DNA of 64,000 bases from Octopus vulgaris (Eukaryota). Positions within the stretch are counted from its first letter, which is position 1. Each line of letters starts with the position of its first letter. Position numbers and translations under genes: made by a program. Below, one piece after another: positions 14,058 to 28,143 of this stretch. The DNA is taken from contig OX597822.1 in the NCBI GenBank assembly GCA_951406725.2, forward strand, positions 87,172,001 through 87,236,000. Direction: 5' to 3'. The notes under the pieces are model-generated. The model saw only the letters and a program-made list of their open reading frames with translations, had not been told where the DNA came from and ran no database searches.

Positions 14058-15745
14058 CTCTTTAGAGTTGTTGTGTACCTCACATAATGTATATTTTGTT
14101 CCATGGAAACCTGAAAGAACATTCACTTATTAAATAAAAATATATTTACATCTTTTGGTGATATTCAAAGTTTGTTACCTTTGATTTATTCAAACAAGTT
14201 TGGAAAACTGATTTTAAAGAAATGCTAAGAATTCTTTGTATTATATTAATGTTATTTATCAAAATATTTTGTGTGTGGAAATATTATAATGTATACATAT
14301 TTGAGTGAGGATGTGATTGCATTTCTGTCTTGTAAGCTAAATGGCAACCTCGCTATTATTGATGGCATGTAAAAAGCACATAGTACTCTCTGTAAAGTGG
14401 TTGGCATTAGGATAGGCATCTGGCCATAGAAACCATGCTAAAGATGACATTAGTGCTTGATGCAGCTCTGCAGCCTGCTAGTTCCTTGTCAAACCATCCA
14501 ACCCATGCCAGCATGGGAAACAGACATTTGGTGGTGGTCATAAATGGGAGAAAAATAGTTTTTGATGCAGGGTGAAAAGAATTTAAAAGTCAAAACGGGT
14601 TTAATTTCTGAATAATCATCAAATGGCTATTAATTGTAATATTCTGCTGATGATTAATGAAAGAAAAAGCATCTGTTTATAATCTACTGTAATGACCTTT
14701 TCTGTGAAGGAGACCCTTTTACATACCATTTCCATCCTGCTTCACCCAAACCCATGCCTAATTCGGTTTGTTTAAATAGTTATATGCTCTGTCACTCCAA
14801 AGCTGGATTTCCTATTCAAGTGGGCATTAATAAGATGGTGCACAAGGCTGTAGCCACAGTTTTCAGCTTTGGTGATATTATTAACATTTTCATCAACATC
14901 ACAATCCCAACATCAATAGTTTTACAATATTCTGTGAGCTTCTCATTTAACTGTTTAACATTTATGGTTATTTTTTTCAAATTGTCTTTTATAAAAGAGT
15001 TTGTGTGTATGTGTGTGCGCGCGCGCGTGTGTGCACGTACACAAATATCCACTTTTCATTGTTAATGCAAATCAAATGAGGCCATCCTTTAAGAATCTGT
15101 TCCGTAAAGTGTATTGAGACTAGTATACATGCTAGAATAACATGGATTTAAATGAAACTACAAGTGTATGTTTACAGAGCAGTCACATGGTTTGATGACC
15201 AACATGTTGCAGCAACGAATTAAACAGCTTATATTTTTGAGTGCACATATACACATGCACGCACGCACACACACACCTAATTTTAAAGGTTAGTTGAAGT
15301 GTCAGTTTATGAAATGTTGATACCTAACCATTGTATATATATATATTGTTTCTCCTGTACAGGTATTTCTTAAACAAGTGAATGTTCCAGAGAATTTGTA
15401 TTTCTCTTGTCACAATTTTAGATATCAAAGAAATTTGTCAAATATTCTAATGATATATTTTTGCTTATGTTCTGTGTTGTGGGTTTTATATTTTGCAAAT
15501 CAGTTGGAAAGTAGATGCATTTCAGTTGTGACATTGATCAAATGGACACTATATGACCTGTGATTGGCTGAAATTATGCTATTTGTTGAATAGCAATCAG
15601 ACGAACATTTTCATTCAAATTTACTTGTTCTTCTTTGTCAATCAGATATAAACAAAAGTAAAGAGGCTAATGATTACAAATATAAATTGTATTTTCTGTG
15701 CATTTAGATTCTACTTGTAATTTCATATTGTTTTTCTCATTCTAG

Positions 15746-15904
15746 CTGGACACATATATTTCAGAGAAATGGATTAATTGAAGTCTCTGTACAGATTGCT
15801 GTAAATTCGTCATCAGAAATTCTTTATCTGAAGGGAGCCATCTATGTTGATGAACCTATAAAAGGTTTTAAACTTAATGGCCCGGAAGTTGTCAATCTGC
15901 TTAA
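15746..15904 (+). CDS. PKD1L1: Exon 1 in window (159 nt, phase 2-2): WTHIFQRNGLIEVSVQIAVNSSSEILYLKGAIYVDEPIKGFKLNGPEVVNLL
   Basis: tttttctcattctag acceptor and aa|gtaagt donor. Open frame reads as the end of one PKD repeat and the start of the next. Phase joins the exon at 32381. Confidence 0.8.
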
Positions 15905-17946
15905 GTAAGTTATGTTTTAATTCCTCCTCTTTTTAAAGTCTGGAATGATCTTCACTTTTAGTTTCACTGTTTCATTTTGACAACTCTTGACTTGTCATCC
16001 CTAACATTAACATCCACCTGGCTATGCTAGAATGGATTAAAGGGTTCTGAGAGTTTGGTTATTTATGGAAATTATAAGCTACCAGCAAAACGCCCCCTGT
16101 CCAATGGACAGTGCTGAGTTGACAAACATTTAAACCAAATTTTCTCAAAACAACTTGTCCGACCGTCCTATAGGCCTCCCCTTTGAGAAACACTGATTTA
16201 ACCTAAATTTGAGACACCAGCAAAAGAAGAAATAAAGATAGGCTTTTTTTCCTATTCCAAAGAAAAACGATTTTATTCACGCAAATATACAACCGAAGAG
16301 TTTAAAGTACTAGTAATGATGAAGCTTTTGACTGGGAGAACACAAACATGGTTTAAACAGTAAGCTTAGCAGGAAAGAAACGTGCCTTTAAGCAGTACAA
16401 AAACAACAAAAAATGGAAGGTGCAATTATGTACAGGTTAACAGAAGAAAAGCTGGACAAAAACGGCTTTATCGATCGCATTCTCACCTGGAATCGATTTT
16501 TGTAATTTTTTCAAGACTTATACACGCCCTGATACCGTCGGTATCTACATATCAAATTTGAGCGCAATCGGATGGAGGATGCCCGAGATCCGAGAAGACA
16601 CACACACAGACAGACAGAACGGATTTCATATAAGAGATGTTTGACTACAGGATCGTCTTTTTGAGCTAAACTCTGAAAAATCATATGGAAACAGCTAGAT
16701 TTCTTGCTCATATGATGAAATATAAGGATAACAACTGACTAGATGGTTTATTATATTTAATTATCCAGCCTGTTATGTCAGTCTTGAAATTCCATTCTGC
16801 TGTGGTTGATAAAACTTGTAGTTTTGGTATACTGGGGTTGAAACTGGAGTATAGTGGGTTCTATTTGCTTCAGTTGACTTAAATGGAGAAGAAATGAAAA
16901 GTAGCATGGGCAAAGGTGCTTCTCATAGAAATAGAGTGCCATAAGAAAAGGATTGTTCTATCCACATTCATTTTATACCATATTTGTGAACAATGGCATC
17001 AGTGATTCCTAGTTCATTGCTTTTCTAATGACAGCTGTGAGAAACGAGTGTAATTCAATGGATCTTTTTTGAAGAGCACTGGTTTTTCTCTGATGTTTAC
17101 AGTCTCCACTGATATGCATCATAACATAACACACACACACACACACACACACATATTTAGTAAATATATCTACTCCCAAGCTTTTAAGCTTTATTCTAAT
17201 TCACCTATTGCTCTATATCTGTCTACTGAAAGCGAATTCTATTTTCAAACTGAATTCTGCAGTAATTTTGGGAGCTGTACTTTTGTGATCCTTTCTAACA
17301 ATTTGCGTAAGAGTCCAACGATCCCTTATCTGAAAGTTTTGGTTTCCTTCCAGAGTTTTGTCTCAACAAGGAGGTTTTTCCCTCTTTCTCAAAAGCTGTC
17401 ATTACTTTTGAGACAGTACTTCTTTATTTTATCAAATTGGCCATGAAGGCCTTACAGAGAAGCAATGCGGGCTGGACATATACATTAATGAGATGAAAAT
17501 GACAAATGCGAATGATGTAAATGGGAAGGGTATTTGGCGCCCGCAGACTGAACACCCTTCGAAATCACAGGTTCTTTTATTAGATAAAAATAAAAAAGTC
17601 GACCAAACATCAAAAATACACTATCACTTTTCCCTTCCTCCTCCTTTCAGACCCCCAGTATTTCTTGATACACCAAACATTTCAGCTGTTTGCATTTCGC
17701 TAGTGCCTACCATATGAGCACCAACAGTTTGACCTCTTTGAAAGTTCGATAGATCTGTCATTTTAATGAATTTTAATTACCTTTTTTCTGATGATATCTG
17801 AAAAGAAACAGCAATTTTAGCAAAACATATTAAGCAACACTAATGATAAATCAAAAAACAAAAATAAACAACCTTTTGACAGTTTTATAGATATTTCAAA
17901 ATTATGATGCTATGATGCTAGGTGTTTCCATTATTTTGTCCAACCC

Positions 17947-17980
<34 letters not shown>

Positions 17981-20900
17981 GTATGAAGGCACATAGCTTG
18001 GTGGTTAGGGTGTTGCACTTGTGATTGTAAGACCCTAGTTTCCATTCATAGACCAGGCAGTGAGTTGTGTTCTTGAGCCAGACACTTCGTTTCACATTGT
18101 CCCACCTCACTCAAGCTGTATCTGGGAAGATAATCCCATTTGTGATCTCATTATTTATACTCTGCAGAAGTCAGGTTAAGCTCTGGCATTGTGAGTCCTA
18201 GGATTCATCACAGACCTGATATAAATAAGGAGTTAGCCATCTATTAATATTGTAACGCAGAATCCGTCATGTTTAGGGAAATATATCAAAGTAAGAGTGG
18301 TCATTATATTGGCTGTTGGTGAAATTAATGATGATGATTATGGTTGATGGAAACAGAGACAGAGAGAGACTTAGAGAATGTGTTAGTGTCGGGAAGTGCT
18401 TGTTAGCCAAAAGATTAAAAAAAAATGTTAATGTATAATCACACACAACATATATACACTCTGCTTACAAACATATATGAATGTGTATATATGTGTATAC
18501 CTTTATTTACTGAGAACTGTAATCTTTTGCTGTCCATCATGGTAAAACAGAAGTTTGAAGAGCATCATGTTTATGTGTTTACATACAACTGGTTGCTGTG
18601 TTTGGTTTGTCCCTGTCAAGCCTTTCCCACCCTTCCTATTAGGCAAATCTCTTCTTTTCAAAATCTGTTATCATGATCACTGGAAACTCAATGTTTTCCC
18701 ATAAAATAGCAAGAACAATCTACCTTTTATCTTAATTATATACATCTAAATCCTGCAAAATTTGGAACAGTAAAAAACACTAACATTCAAATCCAGAGAA
18801 ATCTGCCAGATCTGAAGAGTTGTTAATGTATAACAAATTCAACTTCAGCATCTCAGATTCGCTTTACATCCAAATAGCCATGTAGTTCCTCCACAGCTAG
18901 AAACCTGTCCAGTTCCGGTCCCTTTCTTTCATATTTTAATCCCCTCATCTTCTAGCATAAGGCCACTTCCATCTCTTCTTTAGCCCCACTTCAGTCAAAA
19001 GGATCTTAGTCTTTTGAGCTACATAGCAACCCCATTAATGTTGGTGCCATGGAGAAAGCATCCAATACACTCTGTAAAGTGGTTGGTATTAGGAAGGACA
19101 TCCAATCATAGGAACCGTGCCAAAGCAAATATTGGAACATGACCCTAACCCTAACCCATTCGATCCTGGGAACTAGGCAGCCAGGCAAAGCTGTTTATAA
19201 TCCATGGCGAATCTTAATATATATTTAGTATTTTTTTCTGTTGTACCTACAATTTTCTATACAATTATCCTTTTGTTTTATCTGTAACTTCTGTATAATA
19301 CTAGTATTTCTGTCTCTCTCCTGGATGTGTGTGTGGTTCATTGGATGTAATGGTTTGAAATATCTAGAAGTAATATTCTTTGGTGTTGCTGTTAAGAAAA
19401 GAGGTGGCTGTTTCGGCAGGTGCTACTGAAGTCTGTTGTTTGGAGTTAGCTGATCTTGAGCTAGAGTTGTTGTTCTACGGCTGCTGCTACACCTGAGAAG
19501 TGTTGGGAGCATATGATAATAGTGTCATTTACATAAGATCCTGTTTCTGTATAGTGCAGTTGTAGGCACATTGTAAAAATATGAATCAAAAAGAATGGCT
19601 GAGAGAACGGTTACTTGTGGTACACATTTCAGTAGTGTTGTCATTAACCCTTTTGTTACTGTATTTCTGTTGAGATGCTCTGTGTTTCTTTTAATTACTT
19701 TAGATATAACAAAGAATTTAGTAAAATAACTTAGTTATCATTAAACTAGTGTTAGGAATATAAATTGTGACTAAGGTTTGGTGGTATATTCTAATGCAAA
19801 ACTTATGAAAACAAGACATTTGTACTACAGAGCCAGAGCCGGTTTTGGCCGGGTTGGTAACAAAAGGGTTAAACTATATATACTTGCTGATCTGACAGCT
19901 GACATTTTGGGTTGTTTCACTGGGACATATTAAGTAGTTTGCTTCTAGTGGTTAGTGGCAGTTAGGATGGTGTAGTTTAAGATTTCTTTTCTTTCATTGA
20001 AGTCATCATAAAGAATTTGTGTAATGTCAGTGAGTAGTTGAGTCTATTTGGAAAGTAAAGTATGTAAATGTGTAGACAAAGATGGAACTTTCTAGGGTTT
20101 ATCTTTCATTTTAGTTTTTAGTGTGTACTTAGTGGTGAGATGGAACTGTAATGCTATGTTTGGTCAGATATTTGTTTTGGAATTGTTATAAGGTTTGCCG
20201 GTGTAATTTTATAATGTCAATGTAAGGAATTGAAGCTGTTAGTAAGTGCAATTATTCCTTTTGATGGAAATTGCATGGCATGCATTTTGTATGTCTGTCT
20301 TTGTGTGGGGCTTTGTTGAAGGAGTTTGAAAATTTGTTTTGAAAAGATTTGGGTTGCATTGGAGTGAATCTCTTCAAGTTTTCTTCTCATGTACAATAAT
20401 AAAGCATTCACCAATAATATGTGAAAGTCAATGTCAAGTTAATTCAAGCATCCATCTTATTCATTCTCCATCAACACTCTTCAAGTGATTAACTTTTGAA
20501 ATTCACAGATTTGCTGTTACTTTTCAATAGCTTTGCTTATTCCTACATCAGATCACTCATTGGAAGTTCATTTATACACTTGGATGTATATAGGATTCAA
20601 ATGGCTCATGTATTTAAGATAGAGCAGAAATTTGTTTGGCCTGTTTAGTGCATTGAGCTTAGTGAGTGCTTCTATAGAGATAGCTTGCAATATCTTAACA
20701 ACAGATGTTCTACTACTTGCAGTAGCTAATAGGATGTCTCAATATGATCCTCTTAATATCCTTTACTGTGATGTCATATATCCAAAGATAAGGTCATTAA
20801 TATTTGCAATAAGCAAGGCATACTTCACTACACTTAAAACATTTATTGTAGACTTCAGGCGAGAGAATAGCAAGGCTTCTTAACATCAGTCATTGTTTTT

Positions 20901-23900
20901 AAATACACTTTGAAGTTCTACAAGGAGGTCATTATGTGGCTGCTTGATCTGCAAGAAATAGCTGATGAATAACATACTTCATGTATGCCATATCTGTTAA
21001 GAGAAGAAACAATCATGGCTAAAATACCCTTGATCAGAAACTGCTTATTAGATCTGGTGTTAAACAACAACTAGTTGAACTTGTTGCTTCTCCAGATTTG
21101 TACAGTTACACGACTTATTCAAGCAGATATTTTCACACCAGTGACAGACGAGGTGGCGGGGGTACAAAGATGGACATAATGTGTGAGGATTTGCATAGAA
21201 ATTTACATATAGTGAATGATTAAAAAAGCAAAATATATTAACAAAAGAAAAAATGTATACATCAGAAATAAATAAATAAAAAAAGGTGATAGTGATGGAA
21301 TATTCTTGATATAAGAGAATCTCTAGGGTCAATCAAGGATCCCAATCATCCCAGATGTCCCTGAACAACGAGGGCAATTATCCTCTCCAGTTCTTGCTTG
21401 TCAACTCAATACTTAGATTGGTACCATCCACTTTTGCCATTTTTACCTTTTTCTTCCACCTTTCAATAAATTCACTTGAGGACAGCATCTTCTTCTCCAT
21501 TTGAAACTTGAAAAAGTTGATGAGGACTATACCAAAGGGGAATGTCTCTCTCTCCTCATATCTTTCAGCCTCAATTATTCCAAAACCTTTTCTTATCATA
21601 GCCACTTGACAACAGAAAACTGACTTACCTGCCTGATTAAAGGAGGGCAGAGTGGGGTAAATCATCACAAGGGATTCTGTCTGTTTATAGATGGATTCAT
21701 CTCACATGTGGCAGCAGTCACTTGACATAAACTGCACAAGTTAGCAATGCTAAGACACTGAAGAATAATTTTCTCACTTTGCATGCATCTTGATCAAGTC
21801 TGTCTGATGGCCGACTGGTAACACCCTTCATTAGTAGCACTACCAGGTCAAGGATTAGCCATGGTATTCCTCAATCTGATAATATAACAAGAACAACAAC
21901 AGCTATAGCACTGATAGTTTTAATAATATTAATGACAACAACAGCATTGCTTGCCAATAATTCTGTTACCTAGGTGATTTATGTAAATAAAATACTAGGT
22001 GAGTAATATTCTAATTTGAATTTGCTTTGTCTCTCAAGTTGTTCCAAGCATTTATTTTTACACTAGCAATGGAAGGATTGATTCTTTTTTTTTTTTTTAT
22101 TCATTCAAACGTCAGACTGTGTGATGCATATTTAATCTATTGTAAGGTTATGGAGTTTTTGCAGGAAAAAAACTGTACATTTGATATGAATTATATCTGG
22201 TTGAGTAGGTGTGAATAAACTTGAAAGATATTTAGGAATAAAATGTGCAAATATTGTTTGCAAGAAAGATTATTTAAGTTAGCACACAGTGGGGGTTTTT
22301 TGCCACAGACTCATCCCTTTTCCTATGTAAACAAAATAGAAAAATAAAAGTCAACAAAATATTGTAGACCAAGTTTATTTATTTAATTTTTTTTAGTTTT
22401 AATTATTCATTGAAAGATTGCAATTTTTTTTTTTTTTTTTTTCATAAATTAAAGCATTTGCTTATTGTTGGAACAGTTATTTTCATGATTGTGCTTATGT
22501 CCTACTTAAAGATGAATTAAAATTAGAAATTTTATTCAGCCAAATTGAAACCAATGGTAGCTTGTCTAATATACCTCTTCCTCCATTCGAAGTTTCTGGT
22601 TTGGCTTAAACAACACTTTTAACCTTGCAGGCTATTCTGCTCCCTGTTATTTTCATAATATTAACGATCATTAAATGATATCATTATATGAAATCATTAA
22701 TAATAGTAAAGCAAGTTTGTTTTCTTCATTTTGGTGTCATTTCAATCTGAGTCATGCATGAATAAGAAAGTGTAACTTTGTTGCATATCATTTTGATATG
22801 TTTTCAAAGTTATTTTTACAATATAATAACAAATGATTCGAAATGTAACTAACCAAGACGAGAAAGAAAAGTAACCTGATTTGATTTTTCTCCTCTTCAG
22901 TATTGGATAGTATTAGATGAAAACTGTCACTAAATTTAGACTTCTGATGCAAAACATCTTGATACAAAATTTGGCTCCAATTCAAAACCGATCAGTATTA
23001 TTGGCAATCTGAAAGCAAATAGAAACTAACTGCTCCCTGTCATATCAACCATTGCCAAGCACCTGGAATTTGGGCATAAAGCCAATCTAAGAAAGTGATG
23101 TAAATTCAATGAAATCTCTGGTTTACAAGTTCAGGAGGATAACAGCCATTACCAAGTGCTCATTGTAATTCTATTTATATCCAATGTAAACAATGATGAT
23201 GATGATGATGATGTAGCTGTTCTAGATTTTAAACAAACAAAACTGATAGAACTGCTTTTAGTTAAGAGGGAAGAAATGCTAACATGTTTTTTGTATCCAT
23301 GAACTCAAAATGTTGTTTATTCTGGTTTTTCTCTTTAAAACCCTAATCCTACAGTTTGTTGTGCCTTAACCTGTCATCTTGAAAAGGATTTGAGTAACAT
23401 GCTTAAGTTTTCTTTGATTTTTGTTTGTCCCTCGGATACTTAGACCATAAATAATATATTTTTTCATTAGTCAGTTTTAGAGCATTAGATATTTTTAGAA
23501 CATCTACTGGCTCCACAGATTGTACTTTTAATTTCCTTCACCATTAAATGGTTAAAACATTAACCTTCATTTGATGATGATGATGATGAGGATGAGGATG
23601 ATGATGATGATTACAGTAACAATACTCCTGTTATTGTTGGTGCTGTTGCTATGGTAGCAAGCACCTTTTGCAATTAAAGCTGTATTAAATAGTGAAGACG
23701 TATGGCATTTATGTTTATTTTTCTCCCTTTTTTTTTTTCTTTAGATATTGTCTGGATTTTTATAGTTAGTGTAACAAAGTGTTTTGAGTGCTTCCAATAC
23801 TGCCATGCCCCAAATGACTTCACTTCTGCTTCAAGGTCACAACTTAGTTCAAATTTTAATATTACTCTTTGAATTGTTTCAATGATATGGGACCAATCCT

Positions 23901-24969
23901 ATTTGGTGTTACATGATTTCGTTCAGTAGCTGAGGCAGAGCTCTACAGACCTCTACACATACATTCTTTGGTTTTAGAGACAATTGCTAATACATTTTAC
24001 TTTGATTACCTCGGGTGACAATTTATAAGTCAGGGCTCATTAATTGACTTTTTTCTCCTTTTTTTATTTACTTTCCTCTTCTTGATATTCTACCCCAAAC
24101 TTTTGGTTCTGAACAAACCTAAAGGAAAGCTATTTGGTGCCAGTGAATGGAATTCATTTTAGGCTCAAAAAATTATTGATACTGTTGCTATTTTGTTGTT
24201 CATGTTTTGTTTTTATCTATATCAGAATAATTCCTTAGGGAAAATCCAGCTGGACAAAAGTATATAGGTCAAAGAATGTTGTCCAAGTACGAGTTAAATG
24301 TGTGTGTGTGTGTGCGCGTGTATAATATTCACATTTTAACAAAACATTAGTGTGCGTGTGTGTGTGTGTGTATGTGCACGTGCTTGCATATCTAATTAGG
24401 CTAACTATTATGGCTATCAGTATATCAGTGTCTGAAATGGAATTGTTACAGAACATCACATAATTTGCTTGACAACTCACTTAAGACCACAGATAACTGC
24501 TCCCATTCACAGATGGCTAATCTTTTAGGAATACCTAAGAGACTCCACCAATGGAGATTAGGTGTTACTATGTGAAACAAACCTTTCATCAACCATCTAA
24601 ATTATAACCCTTTCTTACAAAAGAGGCCTCGTGGTAGGCACAATATCAATAATTATAGTGACTGAACTGATCCTTATAAATTACAGGATATTTTACTAAC
24701 ACTTACTTTAATCTCATTATGTAAACCAGTTTAAATGTCTGCTTAAATTCAGAAACAGGAAAGACCTGCACATCAAGTTCTGCATTGGCAATATGTGTGT
24801 GTATGTTTGTGAGTGAAGTGGAGTGTAAGTGCTGCTGGACCTGTGTGTATATATGTGTGAGTTTGTGTTTGCATGCAGGCACTGACAGACACATGCACTT
24901 ATGTATTTATGCACAAATATTTGTATTATAAATATTTGTATCTGTAACTGCAATATGTGCATGTATGTA

Positions 24970-25022
<53 letters not shown>

Positions 25023-28000
25023 GAGGGGCGTTCAATAAGTAATGCCCCTGATCGACTTCCCATAGCAGTAGAGCAACGACACTTGGCACAGTTATTAGTC
25101 TTTTCCTACATAGGAACTACCCAGAGTTATGCATTTCTCCCATCGTTTGATACAGCTCTGGAGACCGTTTTTGTAGAAGACCCCAGCTTGGTCCTCCAAC
25201 CACGACATGACTTCAGAAATCAAGGCTGCATCATCTGGGAAACGCTTTCCTTTCAAAATCAACTTCATGGCTGGGAAGAGGTGAAAATCAGAGGGTGCAA
25301 GGGGAGGAGTTCATAGCTGCATGCTTGTGCTTCTGATCTGGCAACACGCGAGTTGTGGACCGGAGCGTTGTCCTGCAGGAGGAGGATGCCTTTGCTGATC
25401 TTGCCCCGCCTCTTGATTTTGATAGCTTCTCTTAATTTCCTCAAAAGTGAAGCATAATAGGCTCCTGTAATTGTGGTACCCTTTGCCAGGAAATCTGTCA
25501 TCACTACTCTGTCCTGGTCCCAGAAGACTGTGAGCATAACCTTGTCAGCGGAGGGCTGCACCCTTGCCTTCTTTGGAGGAGGTGAGTCACAGTGCTTTCA
25601 CTGCATTGACTGGGCTTTGGTCTATGGATCATAGTGATGGACCCAGGTTTTATCCTGTGTGATCAATCTTTTGAAAAATTTTGACTCATCTTCTTGGCAC
25701 ATCTCCAAATTCATCCTTGAGCACTCAACGCATTCTTGCTTCTGGAAAGGTGTGAGCAACTTGGAAATCCATCTGGCAGACACCTTTTGCATATGCAAAT
25801 GGTCATGAATGATAGTTTCCACAGACCTGGTACTAATCTTGACCTTATGGGCTATTTGGCGAATAGTTATGCGTTGACCTTTCAAAATGGCAGCCTCAAC
25901 TTGACGGACAGATGTCTCATCAACGGCAGAAGGGGGTGACGAGATCTGGGAGCTGTTTCCACAGAGTTCCGACTATGTTTGAATTCACAATGCCAGCGTT
26001 TCATCACCATAAGTTACTTTCATTTCATCAAAAGTCTCCCGTGGTGTGCGTCCTTTCAAATACAAAAACCAGATCACTGCTCGACACTCAATAGGCTCCA
26101 TTTCACACTTGACTCAGTTCAAACACCTGTAAATCAGAAACCACAATTAGCTCAGAGCTGTAATTCGCCACTTAATCTATAGAGGTATAAATAAGTGCAC
26201 ATGCAAAATTTCAGCTAGATCAAACAACTGCAAGTGGGTCAGGGGCATTACTTATTGAACGCCCCTCGTATATATACATATATCATCATCATCGTTTAAA
26301 CGTCCGTTTTCCATGCTAGCATGGGTTGGGCGGTTTGACCGGGGTCTGGGGAGCCAGGAGGCTGCACCAGGCACCAGTCTGATCTGCCAGTGTTTCTACA
26401 GCTGGATGCCCTTCCTAACGCCAACCACTCCATGAGTGTAGTGGATGCTTTTTACGTGCCACCGGCACAGGGGGTAGAGGAGACTGGCAAACGACTACGA
26501 TCGGTTGGTGCTTTTACGTGTCATTGACATGGAAGCCAGTCAGGCAGCGCTGGCATCTGCCATGTTCGGATGGTGCTTTTCTTTTAGCATGTCACCGGCA
26601 CAGGTGTCTTAACTACTATTTCCATTCAGTTTTCATTTGATGTTGTTGTTAACGTACTTGACTCAATAGGTCTTTTCAAGAACAGCAGATCACTTTATGA
26701 TCCAAGGTTAGCACAGCAGGCCATCCTGCGAGCCATGAACTTACTTCATTTGTCGGGTCTTCAAAGTCACAGCATATCTCCAGAGGACTCAGTCTTTCGT
26801 CATAGCCTCTGTGACACTCAACATACGAAGGTCATGCTTGACCACCTCGTCCCATGTCTTTGTTGGGTCTGCCTCTACCCCGGATTCCTTCAACTGTCTG
26901 GGAATGGCACTTCTTCACACATCTCTCCTCATCCATCCATAGTACATGACCATACCAACGCAAACGTCTCTCCTGCACACTGCATCCTATGCTTTTTATG
27001 CCCAACATTTCTCTCAGGGTGGTTACACTCTGTCGTGCATGGACACTGACATTACACATCCAGCGGATCATGCTAGCTTCATTTCTTTCAAGCCTATGCA
27101 AGCCCTCTGCAGTCACGGCCCATATTTCACTACCGTGAAGCATGGCAGTTCACACACATGCGTCGTACAATCTACCTTTTACTCTGAGCGAGAGACCCTT
27201 TGTTGCCAGTAGGGGAAGAAGCTTCCTAAGCTTTACCCAGGCTATTCTTATTCTAGTGGTGACACTCTCTGAACAACCACCCCCGCTACTAACTTGGTCA
27301 CCTAGGTAGCGGAAACTATCAACTGCTTCTTGTTTCTTCCCCAGGAGTGTAATGGAATCTGTTTTCTGAGTATCAGTGCTGTCTATTGCCCCTGTGCATC
27401 TGCCGCAGATGAAAGCTATCTTCCCAGTTAATTTTCCTTTGATATTGCTGCACCTTTTATGTGTCCATAGCTTACACTGGGTACATCTTATGGAGTTTCT
27501 ACTACACCTTTTCTACAGATCGAGCAGGGCCACCTACCTGAGGGGCTGTGTGATGAGTTCGCCTTCCTACTTACTAGAACTTTGGTCTTTGCTACATTGA
27601 CTCTAAGGCCTTTTGATTCTAACCCTATCTTCCACACACGAAATTTCTTCTCTAGTTCCGGTAGTGATTCTGCTATGAGAGCTAGGTCATAAGCATAGAG
27701 GAGCTCCCAGGGACAACCTGTCTTGAATTCCTCTGTTATTGCCTGGAGGACTATGATGAATAGAAGGGGACTGGGGGTGGATGCCAACTTCTACCCAGAT
27801 TCTTCACTGTACTCATTGCTAATCCTAACCTTACTAACAGCCTCACTGTAAAGGGCCTGTACAGCCCTTATTAACCATTTGTCTATCTCCAGTTTCCGCA
27901 TCGCCCACCAGATAAGGGCTGTCAAAGGCTTTCTCCAAGTCCACAAAAGCTAAGTATAGGTGTTTATCTTTGGCTAGGTATTTCTCCTGCAGTTGTCGAA

Positions 28001-28095
28001 CCACGAATATGGCATCAGTGGTGCTTCTACCTAGTACAAAACCAAACTGCATCTCATCTATGCAGACTCTCTCCCTGATGAGATGGGCTATGACC

Positions 28096-28143
<48 letters not shown>

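Noticed and set aside
14700-14990. Minus-strand ORF resembling an esterase-type LINE ORF1
   Set aside because: Similarity too weak to support without a search.
15345-15370. Possible recursive splice site (tttctcctgtacag|gtattt)
   Set aside because: Weak donor and only about 380 nt from the next exon; expected by chance.
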